A stretch of 62,610 bases of DNA, counting the filler, from Choristocarpus tenellus KU-1152 (taxonomy: Eukaryota; Protista; Phaeophyceae), in the NCBI GenBank assembly GCA_964200185.2. It is 10 parts of 10 records of this genome, joined end to end, with 100 filler letters (N's around TTAATTAATTAA, not from the genome) between each part and the next. Parts side by side here need not be neighbours in the genome. Positions count along the whole stretch, not along the records: positions 38,740 to 43,315 come from CAXNAD020013948.1; positions 43,416 to 48,470 come from CAXNAD020012020.1; positions 48,571 to 53,105 come from CAXNAD020014112.1; 7 more parts are not named here. One strand, given 5' to 3'. This document shows, piece by piece, positions 39,506 to 51,081 of the stretch. The position numbers were made by a program, and so were the translations under genes. The notes beneath the pieces were generated by a model. It saw nothing but the letters and a program-made list of their open reading frames with translations, was not told the origin of the DNA and ran no database searches. Position 1 is the first letter of the stretch; every line of letters begins with the position of its first letter.

Positions 39506-41712
39506 GCGGGCAAAGATGAAGGCAGACATTGTGGCTCGAGAGCAGGGAGAAGAGGGAGAGCAGGGAGAGCAGGGAGAGCAAGGACTGAAGAAGGTACAAG
39601 GCGTACCTTCTTGTGCGGGGAAGAGAAACACGCTGTATAGCAACGACTTTTTCTTTTACCCTTGCTTAGGTTGTCCTCGGCTTGGACTACCAAAAGTAAA
39701 GGTTTCCCTGCAATGACACAAAATGATGCCAAGCATAGGTTCTGCACCATGTTTGTGTGGGTATTCTTCTGAAGGATCGCACCACTCTGTGCCTTGAATG
39801 TCTTATATTACTTAGCCTTTCAAAACGTTTCCCTCCATTCTATCCCAATTCTCTTGTTCACTGCCTTCTTTCTTGATCCTCCTCCGCTACAATACATTGG
39901 CAGGCGGCAGCAGCAAATACTCTCACATCTACAAAGATGGCAATGGATCGCTTAAACCACAAGAGCAAGATTGATGTATTTGAAAATGCCTTCAGAAAGA
40001 TCAAGGAGGTGGGTTGAAGTGCTCTGGTGTAGGAGTAAAATTATCTTAGAGGGTAGGGCTGCGTCCATTTGGGGGCAATAATCCAATATTCCGTTTTTGA
40101 TGTAATTATTGCTATTGTGTTTGTTAGGAAGTCTCAATATCCTTGTTCCAGACACACTTTTCATAACGTACACATTTTACCTACTCCAGAACATTTCGGA
40201 GTAGGAAAATATCATTTAAAAAAAACACGAGAAGCCAAGCCCCAAACAGACAAACAGGGCCAAAATCATACCCTAACCCTAAGATACTTTCACTCGTACG
40301 TGCATTGTAGCAGATGAAAATACTCCTGACTACTAGAGCAATACTATAGATTTCAGTACTCTCAGTTTTGTTTGTATAGGTTCACTGTGCAAAGCTAGAA
40401 GGTGAGCTCACAGGAGGGGAAGGGGTTATTGATCACATTTGAGCACAGCATCATTCCACCCAAGGGTCCACAAGGATTTACTACATCACTTCCATACCTG
40501 CCATTCCACTAGACCGTTTCAATGTCATACGCCTCCTTAGTAAATACTCCACCAGTGAGGACACTTAGATCTGAGTCATAGTATCTGGGGGGGTGGTGCT
40601 GGCGTCCGTTTTTGACCATCTGTGCGTTCTACACATAGGAGCTCAGTTATGCTTCTGATTGCAGTCACAGTTCAAAATAATATTATTGCTATTTGTTGCG
40701 ACATGCATAAAATGCGTATTATTCATTGCATTATCTGACCTTAAGGCGAAAGTGCCTCAATCCACACAAGCACCTGTTTTCATTTAGGCGACGTGTTTCT
40801 GTTCAGCATTTGCCGGGAAGAAATGAGGTTAAAAGGGCTAGGGTTAACTTCCTCTTCGCCCTGCATCTTGGCGATCCTGCCCAAACCATTCTTTGTTATT
40901 CGCTCCTATACATTGACTTTAGGCAACGGGTGTATCTGACGTGAATGAAGTGATCCAGAAGATCGTGAGCCAGGAAAGCACAGCCGAGAATCTCATGCGC
41001 TTATCCAAGGATAACCAGGTGCACATACTATGCCACTGCAACGATACTTCGAGGTCTTGACCCTCTTTACTGATCATCCCCATCTCTCCCCGCCCTCTTC
41101 CATACCCTCATCTGTCCGGATCGTCTCAACACACACGAAGATTTCCAGCATGTCAAACAACTTTTTTAAAATTTGTTTTAAGTCGAAGTTGTGTGCTCTT
41201 CTGTTAAGAGAATCGAACCCAAAATGTAACCGTTTTTATTTTGCTTGCTGCAGAAAAAAAAAAAGTGGACAAATATTCAAGACACTTGAAACGACTACAG
41301 CTCCTCTTTCAGTTCTTGTATATGCATGTGCATATGTTAAATTCTACCCGTAAACCATCCTCCACACGGAGACAGTTTGAAGTAAAATCATATTTAGCCA
41401 CATCAATCTCGAAACACATTCTCACGCTTTCCCTTCAGCCCCTGGACGTAGAAGACGGAACCAACACATTTTGTAGATGTAGTGCATTCCTTCTGAACGC
41501 CAAGACCCACTCTCATGGCTTGCCTGTTCTCCGGAAAAGAACTCTAGCTCTTGTTACCTCTTTTCAACTTTCCAATTACGTCTAATTTGTAATTTTGCAC
41601 TGGTCATTGTGTGCAGGCATCCATTGAGGACCTTAACAAACAAAAGGGATCCCTCAAGGCAAAGGTAGAAGAAGTCAAATACTCCGGCCCAGGGGAGGGA
41701 CATCGTCGAAAG
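39506..41712 (+). CDS. CCDC151: Partial outer dynein arm docking-complex coiled-coil protein (CCDC151/ODAD3 family), 4 internal exons
   Basis: Exons 39506-39593, 39904-40008, 40923-41018 and 41617-41712 splice in frame to RAKMKADIVAREQG...LKK|AAAANTLT...KIDVFENAFRKIKE|ATGVSDVNEVIQKIVSQE...DNQ|ASIEDLNKQKGSLKAKVEEVKYSGPGEGHRRK. The FRKIKEATGVSD and KYSG motifs are recognised from this family. The 5' and 3' exons were not found. Confidence 0.8.
40033..40295 (+). mobile_element. MITE family A copy in CCDC151 intron
   Basis: TIRs, GTAG/GTAC flanks, and a right TIR carrying CCCTAACCCTAA. Confidence 0.85.
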
Positions 41713-41860
41713 GTGAAGGAAGTACCGTAATAGCAACAAGTATTCCTGTGTCCTTAACCTTCCGTGCTACACCGCTGCCCTCTTACAGCTAGGTGCTCTT
41801 CATTTATTTAACCACCTCTTCTCTTCCCTATGTTGTTTTCCATTGTTCCAAAATACCCCT

Positions 41861-42327
41861 GAGCCAAAGTATCTTAGAGGGTAGAGCCGCGTCCATTTGG
41901 GGGCCAAAATCCAATGTTGCGATTTCGATGTAATTTTGTCTATCGTGTTTGTTAGGAAGTGCCAATATCCTTGTTCTGGACACACCTTTTCATAACATAC
42001 ACATTTTACCTGCTCTGAATTTTTTTCGAGTAGGAAAATGTCATACAAACCCCAATGGAAACCAAGCCCCAAATGGACAAACAGGGCAAAATTCGTACCC
42101 TCTCTTAATAAGATACTTTCACTCGTCAGCATAATACAGAGAGTTATTGAGACAAATTGAACAAGAGGAAGGATGATTGAGTGAAAGTACCTTAGAGGGT
42201 ACGAGTTTGCCCTGTTTGTCCATTTGGGGGCTTGACTTCCCATGGGTTTTTTTTATGGCATTTTCCTACTTCAAAGTGTTTTGGAGTAGGTAATATGTGT
42301 ACGTTATGAAAAGGTGTGTCTGGAACA
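41861..42327. mobile_element. Inverted pair of MITE family A copies (41861-42124 +; 42179-~42327 -, truncated)
   Basis: The same element in opposite orientations about 54 bp apart. The first copy lacks matching flanks. Confidence 0.85.
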
Positions 42328-42814
42328 TGTACAGCCAACCGCTGGAGGAGAGCTGGGGATTATCATTGTTACTATAACACTGCCCCACATCAACGCAAGC
42401 ATTGCTGGTTCATGTCCATGTCTAGCTAGAGGTATGGGGTGTGTATGAAAATGAAGTAAAAACGGTTAACAGCAGGATAGCCTGTGCATTGCCTTGAGTC
42501 AATAGGATTGATTTTCGCTGCATCTTTTCCTGCCCTCTCATTCATACTGTTATTTCCTCTCCATATATGTGGTTCAGAGTATACTTTCATGAGTGATCGA
42601 TTTTGGTATAATTCTCTCCCTCTTAAATATCCCAACAAAACGGTACCTAACTCGACACACTTCCCTCTCCCAGTTCCAAAGTATATGAAGCGCCCCACAT
42701 ACTCCACAATCAATGATGAACACCACTAAACTCGCAGCGGTGAAAGTAAAAGTAATGACAAAAAAAAAGAAGAAGCTGGATTTTCTTTTTTTAGGTAGTG
42801 TGCTCTGTAGCACT

Positions 42815-43049
42815 TCAGATTCCATTCTCAACCGCCAGTAGCTCTCCTTCGGACTGACGCATGCCCTGTGAAATGCGTGAGGGCTATGAAATACACATTT
42901 ATGTTGGTTGATACTGAAAGGGGCTTGGATGTCTTTTTTGTGAACAGGTTCAGCGCTAATCTGCTCACCTCCTCTTCTTCCATCCTCTTTTTCATGGTGG
43001 CTATCTCCCCTACCTCCCTGCTGTGCTCCTCTCGAACCAACCTCACGGC
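42815..43049 (-). CDS. Probable last two exons of an unidentified coiled-coil protein gene
   Basis: 43049-42969 (cag|AVRLVREEHSREVGEIATMKKRMEEEE|gtgag, phase 0) and 42865-42815 (cag|GMRQSEGELLAVENGI*). Upstream exons would lie beyond the gap at 43316. Confidence 0.5.
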
Positions 43050-43539
43050 CTGGACCAACCAGGGTGACAGAAAAAGACCATGAACAAGCACAAAAAACGG
43101 TGAATGGCTATTCCCGGTGCTTGCGTTAGAGCAAAATTGAACTACTGGAAATGGCCATGCCTGGCTTCACACAAACAGTCACAAGAACAGCAGCGGATTT
43201 AGTTTGTCCAAGCACTTGCCGGAGTGTGAAACTCTACAAGAAAATAATATATTTTTCAGTCTATGTGCTCCCAAGGCTCAAAGTATATGGGGGGGGGGGT
43301 AGCGGCTATCCATTTNNNNNNNNNNNNNNNNNNNNNNNNNNNNNNNNNNNNNNNNNNNNTTAATTAATTAANNNNNNNNNNNNNNNNNNNNNNNNNNNNN
43401 NNNNNNNNNNNNNNNGCAGGCTGATGAGGGGGCAACACAGGGGGCGGCACAGGTGACAGAAGCCACCCCCTTGCTGTGGGAGCAACTGTCATGGTGTTTT
43501 CGGGCAACAGGCGGTCTTGGGCAGTGAGAAGGTCTAGGA

Positions 43540-44740
43540 GTGAATTGAATTCGAAGCCGGGCATACGATGTTTGAGTTTGAAGAGACCTGTCGGACCAAA
43601 ATAAAGTCCATGTTCTGGAAAATGCGTTTATTCTCGCTGTGATGAAATAAAAACTAGATTCTAATCTGGTCTCAGGCAACAGTCGGTCTTAGGCACGATA
43701 GAATTGAATTCGAAGCCGGGCGTATGAACGATGTTTGAGCTTCGGGCGATCCGTCAGACCACCCTGAGATCCATGATCCGGAAAATAGGTGCATTATGGT
43801 TTTTAGAAATTAAAAATTCGATTATATTCGAAATTTCAATTTTTAAAAATACAAAGCACATACTTAATTGATCTTGTATGTTTCCGATATTCCGAAACCA
43901 AAGAGTGAAAGTATCTCGGAGGGTACGAGTATTGCCCTGTTTGTCCATTTGGGGCTTGGCTTCCCATGGGTTTTTAATGACATATTACTTACTCCGAAAA
44001 GTTTTGAAGTAGGCAAAATGTATATATTTTGAAAAGGTGTGTTGTGAACAAGGATATTGACACATCCTAATAAACACGATAGCAAAACTACATCAAAATG
44101 GCAACATTGGATTTTGGACCCCAAGTGGACACGGCTCTACCCTCTAAGATACTTTGACTCAAAAGGTAAAAAAAAACTGACACCCTCTAATTGTTTTAAG
44201 TACAAAATCGTATATTTAATAATACAAATGTTGACAAAAAGCAGTTTTTGAGTTTGGGGTGATCCGTCGGACCACCCGAAACCCTTGAACACAAAACACG
44301 TGCATTAGGGATTTTAGAAATTGTAAATCCGATTATATCTGTACTTACAATTTTTAAAAATACAAAGCACATACTTTATTGGTCTTAGACGTTTTCAATG
44401 TCCCGAAACTAAAAGGTCACAAAAAACTGGTACCCTACAATTTTTAATAGTACTAAGTTCGCTTTTTGTCAACATTTGCATTTTTTTAAATACAAATGTC
44501 GACAAAAAGCGGTTTTTGAGTTTCGGGCGATCCGTCAGACCACCCGAAACCCTTGAAACGCAATACACGTGCATTAGGGTTCTTATGAAATATAAAAATA
44601 TTCTATTCTTAATATCAACAAATACAAATACAAATCACATACTTCGTTGATCTAATACGTTTGAAATGTTCCGAAACGAAAAGGTCACAAAAAACTGATA
44701 CTCTCTATCTGTTTTAAATATGAAATCGTATACTGTTCGA
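43540..44740. repeat. Tandem array of three ~250-270 bp units plus a partial upstream unit
   Basis: TTTGAG(T/C)TT(C/G)GGG(C/T)GATCCGTC(A/G)GACCACCC recurs at ~43733, ~44247 and ~44515, with shared downstream blocks (AAATACAAA.CACATACTT, CCGAAAC.AAAAGGT). GAATTGAATTCGAAGCCGGGC is duplicated at ~43542 and ~43701. Unit 1 is interrupted by a MITE. Confidence 0.9.
43903..44160 (-). mobile_element. MITE family A copy inserted in tandem-array unit 1
   Basis: TIRs present. The empty site CCGAAACNAAAAGGT is visible in units 2 and 3, implying an AAA duplication. Confidence 0.9.
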
Positions 44741-44926
44741 TATTCGTATTTTTTAGGACACAATTATCAACGGAAAGAGAAATCTGAGTTATTTGGGGAC
44801 CGACGGACCAGATGAAATAAAGCAGCACCTCCCAGCCCTCACTCCTCCTTTCAATTCCTTCCCTTCCGCACATACCACCAGCAGCTCTTTCTTATCTATC
44901 CCCGTCACACCCTCCCAATCTTCGCC

Positions 44927-46633
44927 ATGTACAACATTCGCTCAACAACGACCCCCCAGCGCGCCGATGGCACTGCCCACGGATCGAGAGCGTCAGCAAT
45001 GCCAAGGGCATGTCCTCGCTCCTCGAACACCACTACCTCGGGACATACAAGATAAAACTCGGCAACATCACATGCATGGAGATTGTGCGTTCCCTGAGCG
45101 AGTGTGGCCTTGCGCGCGTCAGCAAGTCCATCCGTGAAAAAGGCTGGCTGGAGCAGCTTGCTCCGTCCGTTGTCATCCAACAAGACCGCTTAGGCAATGG
45201 GGACCAGCTCACAACCGACACAGCGCTTGCCGTTCAAGGATGAACACTGGATGGAAACCATAGAATAACGGTGTTGAAGAGAGAGTTTGATCACGAACGT
45301 GCTTTCATGATGCGGGTCTACATGGTGTTCAACCAAGCAGAAGAGAGGCTAATTGCCAATGGTGGGTGATGGAGTGTTGTCGTCGTTCCATGATCACCTG
45401 ACTCTTCTGATCAACTAAGCAACTAAGTAAGTTGAGTGTTGTCGTTGTTCCATGATCGCCTGATGACTCTTCTGATCTACCAAGTTGTTGCCATGTTTCC
45501 TTTGTTTGGTTCATCGTCAGTCAGCCCGTTGTTGATCTTTTCGTTGTTGATCTTTTTTATCCCTCGTGGTCTTTCTGTCAGCAGCAACATGTTGCTCACT
45601 ACTGCCTGCCGCTTGTGTCCCACGACCGCTTCCCACCTACCCCTTGCCCCGTTTGCCCACTGCACCACCACGCTTATAGCATTCAACGATGCGACCAAGA
45701 GTGTGGTTGAGCGCACGCTGTACGATGAGGTATATTTTCAGCACGAGCCCAAAGAAGCTATCAAGCGACAGATGAAGAAAAAAGAAGTGTCACTAGCAGA
45801 GATCCACAAAATGTACAAAAAGGTGAGGGACTTGTCAACGTTGGTGGGATGGTGGCGCTCTACTCCTCCTCTTGTTGGGTTACAGCTGTTGTAAAATCTC
45901 TCTGTGTCCTCTTATTCAACCTAAGTTGAGATATAGTTATCCCATGTTTAGCAACCCTGTCAACCAAATTCTTGATTTTCAGGTGACCATGTAGTATGTA
46001 TGTGTGCAAAATCACAGACGAAGTGAACAGTTCCTTCTTTCAGCACTAGGTAGGCTAGGCCACTGAGTATCATACCGCCTCCCCCCCCCCCTCCCCCCCG
46101 CCGCGACCCCCCCCTCCCCCGGGTAAGGTCCACTCCTTGCCCGGACCGTTGCGGTGTTGCCTCAATTAACAAAAAACGACGCGTCATTTTGCGAACCAAA
46201 CCCTCTCCTTCGTGGGCAACCACATGCTGTGTCTGTGTTGTATACACACGAACAATAAAAAGCGTTCTTGCTTGTTTGAAGAACACCCCCCCCACTCAAA
46301 CATACCCCGTTGGCGTGGTAAAAACGATGCCTCATCCTGGCTGGCTGGGTGCATAATATTTTTCATTTTCTGCCCGTCGCAAAGGTCGGCGTTACTCCCC
46401 CACCGAAAACAACTCTACGAAACTGGCAGCAAGGCGTAAAGTCCCTTCAACCAGAGTCCTTCGAGGTACTGAAGGAAATGTGTGAGACCTTGCCACCACA
46501 GGTCGACCGCAACGTGGTCACACTGAGCTATCTGAGTCGCGAGGAGTTTGCCAGCTTCACTTCTCTCAAGCAGGGGCTATGCATCTGTCTACTTGCGAGG
46601 CAAGTCGAACCGCCACTGTGTTTTATCTTGTAG
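44927..46633 (+). pseudogene. Spliced ParB/Sulfiredoxin-fold (DGNHR) plus HTH protein gene, decayed
   Basis: Exon ~44980-45361 reads ...VRSLSECGLARVSKSIREKGWLEQLAPSVV...VQG*TLDGNHRITVLKRE...EERLIAN, with an in-frame TGA at 45241. A GT-AG intron leads to exon 45680-45822 (AFNDATKSVVERTLYDEVYF...SLAEIHKMYKK), then an exon from 46385 (VGVTPPPKTTLRNWQQGVKSL...). Phases are compatible. There is a probable frameshift after ATG 44927. Confidence 0.65.
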
Positions 46634-48762
46634 ACAGCAGTAAGCGACATGTGTGGTTTTATAGCACAGCAGTTTTGCTAGAAGCATCCAAGCCTGTGGA
46701 GTTACATTACTTTGGTGACAGCTAGGTTGTAATGTTGAGATTGCAACGCCTCAAACGTCTATTTGTTTGATATTTGGGAGTTGTGGTTCGTGAAAAATAA
46801 GGCAGCAAAGATAAAGGACCTGCTGGGTCGGCAACATGAATTCAGGAATAAAAGAGGAACTTTTAAAAAAACTGGCAATTGCTTTGCCAGCTGTCGAAGG
46901 TTAGACATTATTGGGAATGTAGAGTTGTCAACATTGGCTAGAGCAAAGATCGCCAAATTTCATAAAATGAACAACTACTGTTGCAATGCCGTACACTAGT
47001 GTGGGTTCAAAGTATCTGGGGGGGGGTGGCGGCTGTCCATTTGGGACCAATTTTTTCATATCGCGATTTTTGGGTGATTTGGTTCCATACATTGGATGGA
47101 TAATGAAAGTGCGCTTTTCCTGGTCCAGAAGAGCATTTAACAGTCGACATAGACTACCCATCTTTTGTGTACTTGATACGATACAGTATTACCAGTTCAT
47201 ACTGACTGTTGATTCCCACATCGGTACTGATCTTTAGTTACGTTATATCATTAGCACCTCATCATAGCATGACCAATTACTGCTAGAACATCATGGTGTA
47301 TAGGAAGTATGGAACAGTCGAAATTTGTCAAACATATAAGCATAACATGTGCCATATGCATTGTCTCAAATATCGATTCAAGTTTGTTTTTCTTTTGATC
47401 TTCACATCAAAGCTATCAGTTGCGTCTCATATGTTGATTATTCTTTTTCTGGATGACATTGCCTCCCTTCTAGGACTTCGAATTCACTCTGCACTTGGTG
47501 TACCTCGACAGATCACGATGTAATATATTCAGAGTTAAATCATCCTCAAAAATCATTGTTCACAAGGTACGAATGCCTCTACTCAGAGCATGCACTTCTT
47601 CCTTTAGGCGTTTCCAGGAACTACTCACAACACCAAATAACCTCTGACTATGCATATCAGGTCACTAGGTTCATCACCACGAATTCACCAGTGCTTCATT
47701 GCACTATGACACCCCTTTGCCATAACCAACCTGCCACCATATACGAACAAGATACAGTCAATCCCAGGTTTCTACGTGCTAAACCTCAAAATCGTTTCCC
47801 CCCAGCGCCCTAAACACCTGATTACACCTCTTAAACAAACTCTTCCCCAAGCTCAATGTATCTGAGGGGGGGGCACCAGGGTGTCCATTTGGGCCCTGAC
47901 CATGTGTTGCAAAATTGGTCCATTTGAGTATTTTCAGTCGTGTAGGGTTGGTCCTTTTTGGATGAAGTGTGGCATATTCCGCACTTAGGATGTGTTCTTA
48001 GTGCTCGGATCTGTGTGGACTGCGTGATGTCAAGAAAGTCGCCCTTAGGTAGAATTCAGGAGTCAACGGTTGCTGCTGTGGCAACGAGGTATAGAATAGA
48101 GGTTACCTGTTGTACATTTTTCGCCTTGAGCTTTGGACCGTGGTATTAAGTACGGGAGGGTATTCCATCTGTGTCAGTTTGGCTATCTGTCTGTTAATAA
48201 CCTTGATGCCTGAGCAACACAAAGACGTGAAGGAGAAGACTTCTGTGTTGTATACACTGGGAAAGGATCGCGGATGAATTGTTTGCAGTTATATTGCCGG
48301 TGCTACTGGGGAAGAGATTATGTTGCTTAGGGTTAGCTCCATGTCACATACACGTCTCGGGTTGCGTTGTGTGGGAGAGATGGCTTAGAGTATCTGGGAG
48401 GGGGTGGTGGATGTCCATTAGGGACCAATTTTTCATCTTGCGATTTTGGGGTGATTTGGTTGCATACGTCNNNNNNNNNNNNNNNNNNNNNNNNNNNNNN
48501 NNNNNNNNNNNNNNTTAATTAATTAANNNNNNNNNNNNNNNNNNNNNNNNNNNNNNNNNNNNNNNNNNNNTCACCTTCAGGGTATACCTTCTACATGATA
48601 TTCAAGATAGGTAACCTTTAGGGTATACCTTCGGTGGAATGTGGCTCTCACACTTCCCATGATTTGTGAGCCGAAGTAAGCGAGAAGTACTCAAGTTTTG
48701 GTCGTTTTGCAGTTTATTTCTGTGTTCCAATCTTTTGCAATCAACCATGGGAGAAGTTCTAA

Positions 48763-48907
48763 GTTTGACTCAAAAGCGTTTACTTCTCTGGTGTTTGAAA
48801 CTTTCCCGACAGAATGAAGAAACATCCTACTATACACATTTGTAAAAAAGTCGAATTTTGGACATATTATTTGTGAGTATCCTTAAAATGCAACCTTGGC
48901 CACCTCT
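48763..48907 (+). repeat. Old dispersed repeat family D (copies also at ~37080-37207 and ~53533-53678)
   Basis: Shared skeleton GTTTGACT...AGCGTT...TTTGAAA.TTT.C...CATATT...ATCCTT(A/G)AAATGCA in three places. Confidence 0.7.
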
Positions 48908-50795
48908 CGATCGGTTTGACTTACTCACCATTTTATCAAAATCTACGTACTAGTCGTAAGTGTTTGTCCTTATGCATCGAGAGAAGACAACAGTGAACTG
49001 CTGATATGCCCCAACCTCATCGTGATGTACAACAAATCTTCCCTCGTGATTTAATGGGAGGAAACAACTAATCTTCAACTACAGATCTCGCGTTGTGACT
49101 TAGTAGGAACAAAAAATATGTGCTGACAAAACTGACTCTGCTTGTGATCTGTGGCAAACTAATATTGTGTACAAATCTTAGGGTTACTACTGCTACTACT
49201 TGTGATTGCAGACAATAGTACTTGGTTCCCTTCTTGTTCTCAAAGAAATTAGAATGATATTTTCCGTCTTTCACAGATAGATGGTTAGTTGTGGAAGCCA
49301 AGCAGTAACAAGAGTGTATTGGGTGATATGAATTCTGTAGGGTTTCATATTCCCAGATTTGATACCTGTTGGGGACATCCTTTACTTTTCAAGTTGTTTT
49401 ACCAAAAAACTTTGCATGTATATCGGTGCTTAGTCCTCACATATATTATATCGGTACCACTCCCAACGCAAAAACGTCCAGAAACATTTCTCGTACCACT
49501 TGTCCATCTACAAATCGAGTACAAAATTATCCATGTCACTCACCTAGCTGCGAAGCATGTATGAATAAATGGTTCCGTGTTATGAGTGCGTTGAGTTGAA
49601 TCCCTACCCGATGGCTTGTACGAATCACAGCTAACTGTAGTTTGTTGATTCGTCAACATCCCACCATTTGTCTCACACCACCACCACTCTCAGAAATAAA
49701 TATAAACAGCAAAAACGATTGGGATCCACAAATAAATGAAGGAGTCAACTCCTAAATCATTTCATTAATTTTGAGGACATCCTCCACCACCCATCACTCA
49801 GGATTATGACAGGAATATCATTAATTTCTGATTTGTAGGAAATTGATTTGTACCCCATGAACCAAATTTGATTTGTCACACATACATATATGTTACTGAA
49901 GTATTTTGTATCTGCAAACGTTACTGACCGCTCTTTTTTTTTCTCAGGACTCTCTCTTTTCATGGGTGGGTACAAATTCTAAGTGCCATCGTCTTCATAT
50001 CGCTCCCGTTTTTCACTTCTTCTCTCTCCTCTGTTGACCTAGGGCGTTCAAGTCCATCAAGATGAATATTTCTCCCTTTTTTGACATCACTAATAATAGA
50101 AGCAGAATAGATGTCTAGATTTAAGAGTAATAGTGGGTTGCAGACGCAAAAAACGAATACTACACACGAAGTCTCAACAAACACTTATTCCTTGTTCAAT
50201 AAAAATACCACCACTCACAGACGATGAAGTCACCCTGGTTATGGATAGTATGAATAGTGTTGTGAACCAACAGAAATTACGACTACAATTTATTTGGGTA
50301 GAGGAAATTTTCGATCAATAAGAAAACTAAGGCGACCCGCGAGAAACGCACGCAACCTTTTGAGTTATGGGTGTTGCCACAAGGCAACAACTCCCACAAA
50401 GGGGAAGGTTATAAAGTAATCTGAGTTTTGTGAACGGGAGAATTCATAGAAATGAATACAGATGGTAAGCCGAGTGTTGGCAGGACTAAGAATAAAATAA
50501 TTGGAAGGCGGACGAAAAGTTAAGGACTGGGTGACAATGGCTAGGAGACAGAAGAGATAGGAAAGAAGCAAGTGGTAGGTGGAATCACAAGGCAGGAATA
50601 GGGAAGAATTAAAGGTAAGACCAAGGGTGGTGGTGCAGGACAAGCTGGCCAAGACCAAGGAAACCTCCGAGCAATCTTTCCCACCCACCCACCCTTTCGA
50701 TTGCTCACGAACGAGTGGGATGCTGGGGAAGGGAGGGGGAGGTCAAGTTTGGGCGGGGTAGATGTCTTCTAGTCCGAAGGCATGTTGTTGAAGTG

Positions 50796-51081
50796 GTTTA
50801 AAGTATCAGGGGGGGGTTGCGCCTGTCCATTTGAGGCCCATTTTCCATATGGTGGTTTTTGGGTGATTTGGTTGCATGGGTCAGATGGATAATATAAGTG
50901 CATTTTTCCTGGTCAGGGCTCGAATGGACACCCTAGTGTAGTCCCCCCCCCCCCCCCCCCCCCCGCACCTCGGGTGGGGCCACGGTGGAGGGGTGTGTTT
51001 GGGGGAGCGGGGGGGGGGGGGTTGNNNNNNNNNNACCCTAGTGTAGTCCCCCCCCCCCCCTCCCCCCCAGATACTTTGAGT
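50796..51081 (+). mobile_element. MITE family C copy with mis-assembled right end
   Basis: Family C sequence. ACCCTAGTGTAGTCCCC occurs on both sides of the 10-N gap at 51025-51034. Confidence 0.8.

Noticed and set aside
12693-41712. Flagellar gene cluster (enkurin plus CCDC151)
   Set aside because: The genes are on different contigs separated by three artificial linkers, so linkage cannot be asserted.
45241-45243. In-frame TGA as selenocysteine or readthrough in the ParB-like gene
   Set aside because: The position is not a catalytic Cys site, I see no SECIS, and a probable frameshift upstream indicates decay. A CGA or TGG to TGA mutation is simpler.
50940-51070. Duplicated MITE end with G/C-rich insert
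   Set aside because: It flanks a 10-N gap after a poly-C run, consistent with a low-quality read tail and an unmerged overlap.
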